A DNA stretch of 52,626 nucleotides from the IMG/VR virus record IMGVR_UViG_3300043447_000045, positions 1 through 52,626 of that record. One strand, given 5' to 3'. Positions 1-9,300 of this stretch are shown here, piece after piece. Within the stretch, counting starts at the first letter, position 1; each line of letters begins with the position of its first letter. The position numbers were made by a program, and so were the translations under genes. The notes beneath the pieces were generated by a model. It was not told the origin of the DNA. It was given only the letters and a program-made list of their open reading frames with translations, and did no database searches. Source of the stretch: a virus (Duplodnaviria > Caudoviricetes).

Positions 1-161
1 CCCCAGACTTTAGCTGTGATAACATTGTCTTGAATAGTCATGTCAAACGGGACTAGGCCATTGAATCTGAAGTCCTCCGGCACGTCCGTAGTAATAGTAA
101 ACTCATTCAACTGCTTAGCGCGGTTGATAAAGTGATCACAGATTTCTTTGGTCGTTTCCAT
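1..161 (-). CDS. hypothetical protein, runs off the left edge (METTKEICDHFINRAKQLNEF...)
   Basis: ATG at 161-159 just after the stop of the upstream gene; open frame to the window edge; translated by hand. Confidence 0.65.
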   Translation of the reverse strand, partial: METTKEICDHFINRAKQLNEFTITTDVPEDFRFNGLVPFDMTIQDNVITAKVW

Positions 162-163
162 GA

Positions 164-358
164 TTAGGCTGCCTTCTTAGCTTCTACTCGGGCGTTCTTC
201 TCGGCAGTGATTTCATTGCGACGAGCTTTGACTGCTTTAGCTAGTTCACCTAGTGCTTTACGAGCACGAGTACCTGCGGCTGAGTTGCCCTTTTCAAACT
301 TCTCATGCTCTGCTAGGTATGCTTCTAGGTGTGTGTTGATTTCGTTATGTGCTGACAT
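164..358 (-). CDS. histone H1-like DNA-binding protein, Hc1 family
   Basis: KFEKGNSAAGTRARKALGEL motif typical of Hc1-like proteins; basic 64 aa; AGGA RBS. Confidence 0.75.
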   Translation of the reverse strand: MSAHNEINTHLEAYLAEHEKFEKGNSAAGTRARKALGELAKAVKARRNEITAEKNARVEAKKAA

Positions 359-369
359 TTTGTTTTCCT

Positions 370-1299
370 TTATTGTGTAAGTTCAATTAGCGTTGCGGCT
401 AATGAGATTTCTGGGATACCTACCAGAGATAGGTTCGCTAGTCCGTTACGAATAATCAGAATAGCGGCATCTTTTTGTTCTTGTGTTTTGCCCCACAAGT
501 CTAAGTTGTTGTACATCCAACGATAGATTTCTTCTAGTTGTCCGGGATTCATACTCAAGTATTGTAGTAGAATCTTGCGTCCATCGAGAATTTTGCCTGT
601 TTTGAACAGTTGAGTTGCTTCGATTAGAGTTGAATCTTCATCACTTACTCCTGCTTGTACTGGTAATAATTTGCCTGTAGTTGAGTTGTTCTGTAACTGA
701 TTCAAGCATTTGCGTAGGTCAGGGTAAGTTGCGCCTACATAGCTGTCGAGCGTGTCGATATCGAATTCGATCTCTTCGGCCAGTAGAACTTTAGCCGCAC
801 GTGTAGTAAACTCTGTGCGCTCAGGCTTAGAGATAATGAATGTCTCACAACGAGACTTTAGCGCAGGAATGATCTTGTGAACATAGTTACAAGTCAACAT
901 GAACCGTGCTACGTTTGCGTATTGCTCGATTAGACCACGTAATACAGCTTGTGCGGGTTGTGATAGGTAGTCTGCTTCGTCTAAGAGAACTACTTTGAAG
1001 CGGCCGAATGGCATTGTCTGAACGAATGCCTCGATGCGCTCACGAATAAAGTCTACGCCGTTGTCACGTGATGCGTTGATTTCTAGGATGTCGTATTCTT
1101 CTACACCTAGCTCGTTGATTAAAACTTTAGCGAGGGTAGTCTTACCTGTGCCTGGCTCACCTGCGAACAACACATGAGGACATGCGTGTTCTTTGATCCA
1201 GTTGTTGACCAGTTGCTGTTGACGCTCATCAACGAACACATAGTCTTCTGCTTTACTTGGGCGATATTTCTCCACCCAGAGTTTGTTCTTGAAACTCAT
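370..1299 (-). CDS. sliding-clamp loader AAA+ subunit (RFC small subunit / T4 gp44-like)
   Basis: WVEKYRP N-terminal RFC box, Walker A GEPGTGKT, EINAS, Walker B LLDEAD, SRC arginine finger. Confidence 0.92.
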   Translation of the reverse strand: MSFKNKLWVEKYRPSKAEDYVFVDERQQQLVNNWIKEHACPHVLFAGEPGTGKTTLAKVLINELGVEEYDILEINASRDNGVDFIRERIEAFVQTMPFGRFKVVLLDEADYLSQPAQAVLRGLIEQYANVARFMLTCNYVHKIIPALKSRCETFIISKPERTEFTTRAAKVLLAEEIEFDIDTLDSYVGATYPDLRKCLNQLQNNSTTGKLLPVQAGVSDEDSTLIEATQLFKTGKILDGRKILLQYLSMNPGQLEEIYRWMYNNLDLWGKTQEQKDAAILIIRNGLANLSLVGIPEISLAATLIELTQ

Positions 1300-1595
1300 C
1301 CGTGCCTCATCATTTCTACTGTAATAATCTTAGCGACTTCTTCGCCTAGTTCTTTTGAATCGTCAATGACATAAAGATGTTCATCTGTGCGGTCTTTGCG
1401 TTCGTCATAGGTTGTGAACTCAACGGCAGTGCCACCCATAGCAGGAATGATTGACATTCTGATGCCTCTCTTGCGAATACCTTCTCGTTCTCTGACCGTA
1501 GAGATTGCTGTGCCAGCTGTAGGTATGCAAATATCCTCTCCGCGTTCACATAACGCACGGTAGCGTTTTACTATCCAGTTGTCAAACCATTTCAT
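1296..1595 (-). CDS. hypothetical protein
   Basis: 99-aa ORF with ATGA overlap to the clamp loader gene. Confidence 0.7.
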   Translation of the reverse strand: MKWFDNWIVKRYRALCERGEDICIPTAGTAISTVREREGIRKRGIRMSIIPAMGGTAVEFTTYDERKDRTDEHLYVIDDSKELGEEVAKIITVEMMRHG

Positions 1596-1701
1596 TGTGT
1601 ACTGCCTTGTATTTTGAGTGTGGGTATTGTTGCTGAAGCCACGCTAGTAGATCAGCATCGTATGGAAGTCGAACGGAGTCGAACTTATTAGTAATGTACA
1701 T
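1582..1701 (-). CDS. small hypothetical protein, 39 aa (MYITNKFDSVRLPYDADLLAWLQQQYPHSKYKAVHNEMV)
   Basis: ATG overlaps the groES stop (TAATG coupling) and fills the gap; below ORF-track cutoff. Confidence 0.6.
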   Translation of the reverse strand: MYITNKFDSVRLPYDADLLAWLQQQYPHSKYKAVHNEMV

Positions 1702-2069
1702 TAGCCGCTTACCTTGTCAGAGATTGTTTCATCGTGTGGTAGGTGATCGCTGACCATCATAAGACCGTTAGGGTCAACACGACGGAGCATATGTTTGCCT
1801 GTTTCATCTTCTACTTCAATGCCACGGGTCCAGCGACCATGCTCAACTAGAACATAGTCACCGACTTTGATATCTTTTTGTAGAGGACCAACGGCATAAA
1901 CTTCTGCCCAGCGTGGGCGAATGCCTGATGATTTGCCATCATCGTTTGGTAGAATGATACTGCCAACAATGCGCTCTTTGAAGTTCATGTCCATTACAAT
2001 GACATGATCGTTGAGAGGCTTTAGTTGTGCTTTTGAGATTTTGTGAGGTTCAAATGCTAATTTAATCAT
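1701..2069 (-). CDS. groES: co-chaperonin GroES (Cpn10)
   Basis: LKPLNDHVIV...GSIILP...AEVYAVGP...IKVGDYVL Cpn10 signature. Confidence 0.88.
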   Translation of the reverse strand: MIKLAFEPHKISKAQLKPLNDHVIVMDMNFKERIVGSIILPNDDGKSSGIRPRWAEVYAVGPLQKDIKVGDYVLVEHGRWTRGIEVEDETGKHMLRRVDPNGLMMVSDHLPHDETISDKVSG

Positions 2070-2071
2070 GT

Positions 2072-2109
2072 AGCTATTGTATCACTGGTGAGAGTAAAAT
2101 ACAATAGCT
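2072..2109. promoter_or_regulatory. 11-bp inverted repeat coinciding with a sigma70-like promoter (TTGTAT-N17-TACAAT on - strand) directly before groES
   Basis: AGCTATTGTAT (2072-2082) and ATACAATAGCT (2099-2109). Confidence 0.5.
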
Positions 2110-2115
2110 TTTGGA

Positions 2116-2580
2116 TCATTTCTTTTTAGCAGGCTTTCCAATTGGCTCTTGTGCAATTACAGGTGGTTTGCCTACTGGTTCTTCAGCATCAAACTCGTCG
2201 AACTCATTTAGTTCTTCTTCGGTAACTTCTGGTTCTGGTGCTGGCGCAGGCTGAGCAACTGGGCGCACACGTGGTGCTGGCTCTGGTTGGTTAGTAAATG
2301 CTGGTGGGATTGGCTGAGATGGTGGTGTTGGTGTTGGCTGAGGTGCTGGTTTGGTATCAGCAACTGGTCGAACTGAACGAACCTGTGATGCTCGTGGGTT
2401 CTGAGTGGTACGGCCATAAACCTGGTTAACTCGGCTCGTACTATCCGAGATTACCTGATTGTTACTATCAACTGTGTCGCCTGCGGCATTAACATTCATG
2501 TTGCCAACAGCACGAACGTTTTTGTGTTTTTGTCTAAGAGCAGCCATGTCTACAGGCTTGCCCATTACTGAACGGTGCAT
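2116..2580 (-). CDS. hypothetical protein with Pro-rich/acidic disordered C-terminus
   Basis: 154-aa ORF, GGAG RBS. Confidence 0.75.
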   Translation of the reverse strand: MHRSVMGKPVDMAALRQKHKNVRAVGNMNVNAAGDTVDSNNQVISDSTSRVNQVYGRTTQNPRASQVRSVRPVADTKPAPQPTPTPPSQPIPPAFTNQPEPAPRVRPVAQPAPAPEPEVTEEELNEFDEFDAEEPVGKPPVIAQEPIGKPAKKK

Positions 2581-2590
2581 AATGTTCTCC

Positions 2591-3100
2591 TTATTTCAAA
2601 AAGTCTTCAATTTGTAGGTCGTAGTACATAGAATCAATCTTATGTACGCCGATAAGAAACAAGACATAACTTGATACGCTTGAGCCTCGGCCGACTCCCC
2701 ATACAATCTTATTTACTCGCATCGTGTCTACGAGATATTTTAAATATTGTAGCAGAGGTATGAGATCACGTTCTACATAGAGTAAGAGTTCATGACCTAC
2801 TCGCTGTAGCTTGGCTTCGTCATCGCCGCATTGTTCTAGCAACCATGCTACGATATCAAAGTCTCGATACTCTTGAGGCATTAGCAGGTTCGACTGATTA
2901 GCCTTATCAAACTCTTCGACTGATACACCTGGGTCTACATAGGGTATAAGTGTCGGCGGTTCTACAAGGTCTAAGTCATAACTGTATGTGATAGGAGTCT
3001 CAGTTAGCACCTGTTTGAGTCTGACATTATGATCTGACATGACCAATTCACAAAGGTCGTCCTCTGTAAAAATATGCTGGCCATATTGATCTATTCTCAT
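2591..3100 (-). CDS. stand-alone fragment of DNA polymerase III alpha (DnaE)
   Basis: WGVGRGSSVSSYVLFLIGVHKID matches the DnaE GxGRGS...LGIT.VDP segment; ends before the catalytic PDID motif. Confidence 0.8.
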   Translation of the reverse strand: MRIDQYGQHIFTEDDLCELVMSDHNVRLKQVLTETPITYSYDLDLVEPPTLIPYVDPGVSVEEFDKANQSNLLMPQEYRDFDIVAWLLEQCGDDEAKLQRVGHELLLYVERDLIPLLQYLKYLVDTMRVNKIVWGVGRGSSVSSYVLFLIGVHKIDSMYYDLQIEDFLK

Positions 3101-3107
3101 ATCAATG

Positions 3108-3137
3108 AGTTTATCACATTCTAGGTGGCGCAGTCAA
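3108..3137 (-). promoter_or_regulatory. sigma70-like promoter TTGACT-N18-TAAACT
   Basis: -35/-10 hexamers just upstream of the DnaE fragment start. Confidence 0.45.
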
Positions 3138-3148
3138 GTATTTTTGGA

Positions 3149-3379
3149 TCAACTAATGTCAATCTTGCCCTTGATTGTGCCTGATGATTCCTTGAATAGT
3201 TCTGCTTGCTTCTTGCTCAGTTCCTTGCGGTATGATTCCAATACCATTTGAACTTGATTAGCCATAGTGTAGTTGCCCATGCGTGTAGCAAAGGCTAACT
3301 TCTTGTTGAGGTCGGCAATCTTGTCAGACAAGTCATTCATTGACAAGTCGCTAAGATCGCCGATTAGTGGATGTTCCAT
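3149..3379 (-). CDS. hypothetical coiled-coil protein
   Basis: 76-aa ORF coupled (TAATG) to the fibre gene. Confidence 0.75.
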   Translation of the reverse strand: MEHPLIGDLSDLSMNDLSDKIADLNKKLAFATRMGNYTMANQVQMVLESYRKELSKKQAELFKESSGTIKGKIDIS

Positions 3380-6300
3380 TAGTGTTTGCCTACCATTACT
3401 TCAATAATCTCAGTACCGTGGCTTGTCTTATTGGCAAGTGCTTTGCCGATGATTGTGCCTGGTGCTGGTTGATTATTTACTCTGGCTGAGCCGTTGCCAG
3501 CAGAAACTAGTAGGTCACCCTTTTCACATGGACCTGTGACTAAGCATGGTACACGACCGACTAGAGCAACTGCTACCATTGTGCCTGCTTTGCCCTCGTT
3601 CATCAAGTAAGCTGGGTCTGTTGATACGATACCAGCAACACGATGACTGTTCTCTGTCAAGCAAACACGAACATCTTTCTCGCCGCCTAGTTCAATAACT
3701 GTACCTGGTGCGATGTCCTCTTCTGCTTCATAGTATTCGGCCAAGTCAGCGTATGTTGCTTGTAAGGTTGAACCCGCGCCTAGTGTCCAAGTACCAGTGA
3801 TAGTGCCGGTTGTAGCTGCCGCACCAGTAGTGATAGCTCTAGTTGTTAGTAGGTTTGTGCCTACGACTGTTAAGCCACTACTAACAGTTAGTGTGCCGCC
3901 AATCGTCTGATTAGTTGTAACTGCTAAGTTGCCCGCAACACTAGCGTTGGCACTCATAGTAGCGTTGCCTGTTACTGCTAAGGTTGAGTTTAAGGTTGTA
4001 GCACCAGTTACGCCTAGAGTTTGCGCTACTGTTGCCGCACCTGCGATTGCTGTTGTCTTACCACTAGCACTCAAGTTGATACTTGCAGCGCCGCCTAAGT
4101 TGATTGTAGTCGCTACTGAGTTCCACAAGTTCTGTGTTGTCTGACTACCAACCACTGTTGGGTTGTTGATAGTAGCGGTACCACTTGTAGCACCTAGAGC
4201 CATTGTAGTAGCCGCGCCACCAAAGTTGATAGTAGTAGCGTTAGCGTTCCACAAGTTCTGTGTTGTCTGACTACCAACTACTGTTGGGTTGTTGATTAAG
4301 GCTGTGCCACTTGTTGCGCCAACGTTTAGTGTTGATGCCGCACCTGCGAAGTTGATTGTAGTAGCAGTTGCGTTCCATAGTGTTTGTGTAGCTTGTGTAC
4401 CAACGACTGTTGGGTTCTTGATAGTAGCAGTACCACTTGTTGCGCCTAAGTTGATAGCAGTAGCTGCACCACCTACGTTGAGAGTTGTAGCAGTTGCGTT
4501 GACTAAGTTGAATGTAGTGGCACTTGTAGTAATATCACCACCATTGACTGCTAGATCGCCAGTGATGGTTGAGTTGCCTGTTACCGCAGTGTTGCCTGTT
4601 ACCGCAGTGTTGCCATTAACTTGTAAGTTGTTGCGTACTGTTGTAGTACCAGTGGCGGCACCCATGTTGAGTGTAGTGGCAGCATCACCAAAGTTGATAA
4701 TGACTGGTGTTGTATTGAGCAAGCCTACTGTTGTAGCAGTAGATGTGATATCGCCGCCGTTGACTGCTAGATCACCACCGATAGTAGTAGCGCCAGTTAG
4801 TGTAAATGCGCCAGCTACTGAGAAGTCGTTGTTGACTGTTGTTGTACCTGTTGAAGCGCCGATGCCGATTGTTGTTGCTGAACCACCGATACGTAGTGTA
4901 CTAGCGTTAGCGTTAGCAATGTTGACCGTACCTGTGTTAGTTGTGTCCCAGTCACCAGCTACTGATACGCTTAGTAGAGTACCAACACTTGTGATGTTAG
5001 GCTGTGCCGCTAGGTGAACGTTGCCAGCACCATAAGCATATGCTACGTTACTTACGTTAGCACCATTGATGTTGGCTAGTTTACTACCATCCATCTGTAG
5101 TGGGTGACTCATTACGAATGAGTTAGATGATGCTTGGTACAACATTGAGAAGCCAGCGCCATCAATGATCCAGCCTGCGCCATCTGCTGCCGCTTGAGAA
5201 GGAGCATCTTTAGCTAAGGTGAATGTCAAGTCAGTTGTATCAATACGAGTAGTGTTAACAACGAACTGTGTGCCTAGAACTGTTAGGTTACCAGCAATAA
5301 GCATATCGCTCTTAGCATAAACGTTGCCGTCTACTGTTAAGGTTTGTAGGTTGCCTGTCTGAGTGATTGTTGATTGACCTGCTGGGTCTAGTGCGGCAGC
5401 TAGTGTAGCATGAGTTGCGTTAGCTACTGCGCCCGTTACGTTAGCGCCTGATACTGTTGCTTCGATCCATACACCGTCACCACGTAGGTACTTAGATGGG
5501 TCATTACTCATGTCAAGCGTTGCTAGTGTGCCTAGGTTCTCACTTAGCGCAACTGTGCGTGATGTAGCACCGTTAGTAATCTTCATCTCGCCGGCGGCAT
5601 CTACACTTAGAGTTGTATCTGCCATCTTGATTGAGTTGTTGCTCAACCATAGATCACGCCAACGATGTGTTGAGTTACCTAAGTCGTATGTGATGTTAGC
5701 ACTAGGAGTTAGATTTCGTGTGACGTTAGCATAGAGGTCAGTAACGTTAGCAGCCGCTACACCATAAGCATACACAGCCGATGCTACGTTGCCTACTACG
5801 TTCGCACCAGTGATAGATGATAGAGCAGAGCCGTTACCCTGGAAGTGATTAGCGATAGCAATGTTGCCCAAGTCTGTGTTGCCAGTTGCTGATGTACCTA
5901 CGATTGTGTAAGCACCAGAGTCATCAGTTACTTGCCACTTGTTAGAAGATTCGTTGAAGCGAACCATGACATCAACATCGTCACCACGCTTGATACGAAT
6001 ACCCGAGTCTGATACTGCTGGGCCTGAGGTTTCATTTGAGATTTCAATGATGTTGTCTTGAACTACAAGATTTGTCACGCTCAAGTTAGCGGCGGTGCCT
6101 GAGAATGTTACATCACCTGTGAATGTAGCGGCACCTGATACTGTTAGTGGGCCGCCGACTGTTAGACTTGTTAGTGAGCCTAGTGATGTAATGTTAGGTT
6201 GAGCAGCCGTGTAAACTGTGCCTGCTACGATTGCGTTTGCTACTTGACCAGTGACGTTAGCACCAGTTAGTGAGTAGAGTTGCGCACCGTTAGCAATGAT

Positions 6301-9300
6301 GTTAGCACCAGTGATGTTGTTAGTAACAGTCAATGATGTGAGTGTGCCTACGCTTGTAATGTTAGGTTGCGCAGAGGTTGTTACTGTGCCTGCTGTTGTA
6401 GCACTACCCGCTGTTGTAGCCGTCGTAGCACTTGTTACTGTGCCTACGATATTGCCTGCGCGGATGTTGCTTAGATAGCCAGCATCACCTAAGAAGTAAG
6501 CCGCTGATACTGCGTTACCACCTGATACGTTACCAGCAGTGATGTTGCCTGATACATTTAAGGTTGATAGCGTACCGACACTAGTGATATTAGGTTGAGC
6601 TGCAGTAGTTACTGTACCTGCTGTTGCGGCGGTAGTTGCGCTACCCACGGTACCAGATACGTTAGCACCAGCTACTGCGTTTGCTGTAGCCGCGAATGTA
6701 ACTTGACCTGTTACGTTAGCGCCTGTGAGTGCTGATAGTTGACTACCGTTGCCGAAGTAGTAGCCAGCACGAACGTTAGCGTATGTAGATACTGATACAA
6801 CCTCTGATGAAGATACACTTGCTTCACTTGCGATTACAAACTCTCTAGCACTGTTATCATAGCCCATGAACGCATCTTTAGGTGCGCCGTCATAGTAGTG
6901 CATCAAGATGCCGCGATCTTTGTTATCGTTTGCTACGAGTGGGTTGCCGTCAACGTCACTGCCTAGTTCCATGATCGGGTCAACTAGGGTTGAGTGTACT
7001 GAACTGATAGTTGTAGTTGTGCCGCCTAAGACTAAGTTACCTGTTAGCGTCAAGTCTTTAGCAGTGATGCCGTTAGTAACTGCTAGTGATGATAAGGTAC
7101 CAACACTAGTGATGTTAGGTTGTGCGGCTACGGTGACTGTACCTGCTGTTGAGGCTGTGGTAGCTGTTGTCGCAGTTGTAGCAGTATCAGCAGTCGTAGC
7201 ATGTGCCGCGTTAGTTGCGTTAGTAGCGTTAGTAGCAGTTGTTGCTGTTGTAGCAGATGTTGCGCTATCTGCTGTGACTGCGTGAGTAGCGTTAGGTACT
7301 GTACCGGTTACATTAGCACCAGCGATGTTAGTTAGTTTGCTACCGTTGCCTGCGAAGTAGTTAGCATTGACGATATTACCGGCAGATACGTTACCTGTGC
7401 TGTCTATACCTACGATTGTGTACGCACCTGTAGGGTCTTGATACTGCCACTTGTCGGCTGTCTCGTTCCATGTTAGTTGAACGTCTGATTGATCGCCGCG
7501 CTTGACACGAATGCCGCCGTCGTTGACTGGTGTACCTGTTGTGCCGAATGCTACATCAATGATGTTGTCTTCAACTGCGAGAGTAGCAATGTTTAGGTTG
7601 GCGGCCGCACCGTTGAGCGTTAAGTTGCCGCCGAATGTTACGTCACCACTGACTGTTAAGGATGTTAGTGTGCCTACTGCTGTAATATTAGGCTGTGAAC
7701 CTACACGAACTGTGTTAGCAATGTTTGAGTTCTCAGCAATAGCAGTAGCATCAGGCATAGCAACCCATGTGCCTGCGCCTGTTAAGATGTTTGCTGTGTT
7801 ACCGTCCCTGTTGATCAATGCTAAGTTACCTAGACCGCTGACGTTAGCCGCAGTTACTGAGTTAGCAGTTGTAGCGAATGTTGCTAAGGTTGCTAGAGGT
7901 GCTGTACCTGTGATGTTAGCACCAGGGATTGAGAACAAGTTTGTAGCGTTAGCAGTGATGTAGTCACCAGCGATGTTGCCTGTTACGAATAGATTAGCTA
8001 GTGCGCCTACACTTGTGATGTTAGGTTGAGCACCATTAGCGGCACCGATAACGCCTAAGATGTAGTTAGCTTTGACTACGTTACCTGCGTTTACGTTACC
8101 CGCATCAACGTTGCCTGTTACTGTTAGTGAGGTGAGTGTACCTACGCTAGTGATGGCAGGTTGTGCCGCGGTTGTTACTGTACCTGCTGTGATAGCAGTA
8201 GCCGCACTTGCGATAGTGCCTGTGATGTTTGCGGCTGCTACTGCGTTTGCTGTATCAGCAACTGTTGCGTGTGTAGCAAGTGGTACTGTGCCGGTTACGT
8301 TCGCACCAGGGATAGCAAAAATGCCCGCCGCGTTACCGCTTACGTTACCTGCGTTGATTGCGCCTGTTACTGTTAGTGCTGTGAGTGTACCAACAGAGGT
8401 AATGTTAGGTTGAGCGGCTGTTGTGACAGTACCTGCTGTTACTGCCGCTGTTGCTGACGGTACTGTACCTGTTACGTTCGCACCATTCAAGCTGAATAAG
8501 GTTGCGCCGTTGCCGCCTACGTTGCCTGAGTTGATAGTGCCTAGTACTGTTAGCGATGTTAGAATACCAACAGAGGTGATATTAGGTTGTGCGGCAGTTG
8601 TAACAGTGCCTGCGACTAGTGCTACGTTAGCGTTCTGTGCTTGTGTGGCGGCAGGTACGTTGCCTACTAAGTTAGCGGCAGGGATGTTTGTTAGGTTTGC
8701 GGCGTTACCGATGAAGTAGCCCGCACTAATAGCGTTGCCGAATTGAGCGTTGTTTGCTCTGATGTTAGCATATGAGCCCACAACAATAATGTCGTTGTTG
8801 AGCGTGACTTCATTAGCAAGATACATCTCGCCTGTTGCTGGTCTGATACCCATGAACGCAACACGCTCTGCTGTATCATAGTAGCGCAGGGCAGTACCGC
8901 GATCTTTGCCGTCTGGTGCTGTTAGGGCCGTGCCTGAAAGGCCGCCGCCTTGCTCTACGATTGGGTCAACAATACGAGATACTGTTGAGTTGACTGTTGT
9001 AGTTGTACCTTGAACTGTTAGGTTGCCCGCAACTACTACGTTGCCCGCTACATCTAAGTTTGTTAGCGTGCCGACTGTTGTAACATTAGGTTGTGCAGCT
9101 GATGCGGCTACGATAGTGCCTTGTAAGTAGTTAGCCTTGACTAAGTTACCGCCGTCTAAGTTACCAGCTGTTACGTTAGCAGTGAATGTGCCTGTAGCAC
9201 CTGAGATGTTACCAGAGATGTTGCCCGTGATGTTACCTTGTAGATTACCCTGTAGATTACCTACGAATGTTGTTGCGATTACATTACCTGCGTTTACGTT

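Noticed and set aside
1640-1690. GTTCGA-like motifs on the minus strand suggesting a tRNA
   Set aside because: No cloverleaf can be built, and the region is explained by a coupled 39-aa ORF. No tRNA or rRNA was recognised anywhere in the window.
2072-2109. CIRCE element upstream of groES
   Set aside because: The arms do not match TTAGCACTC-N9-GAGTGCTAA.
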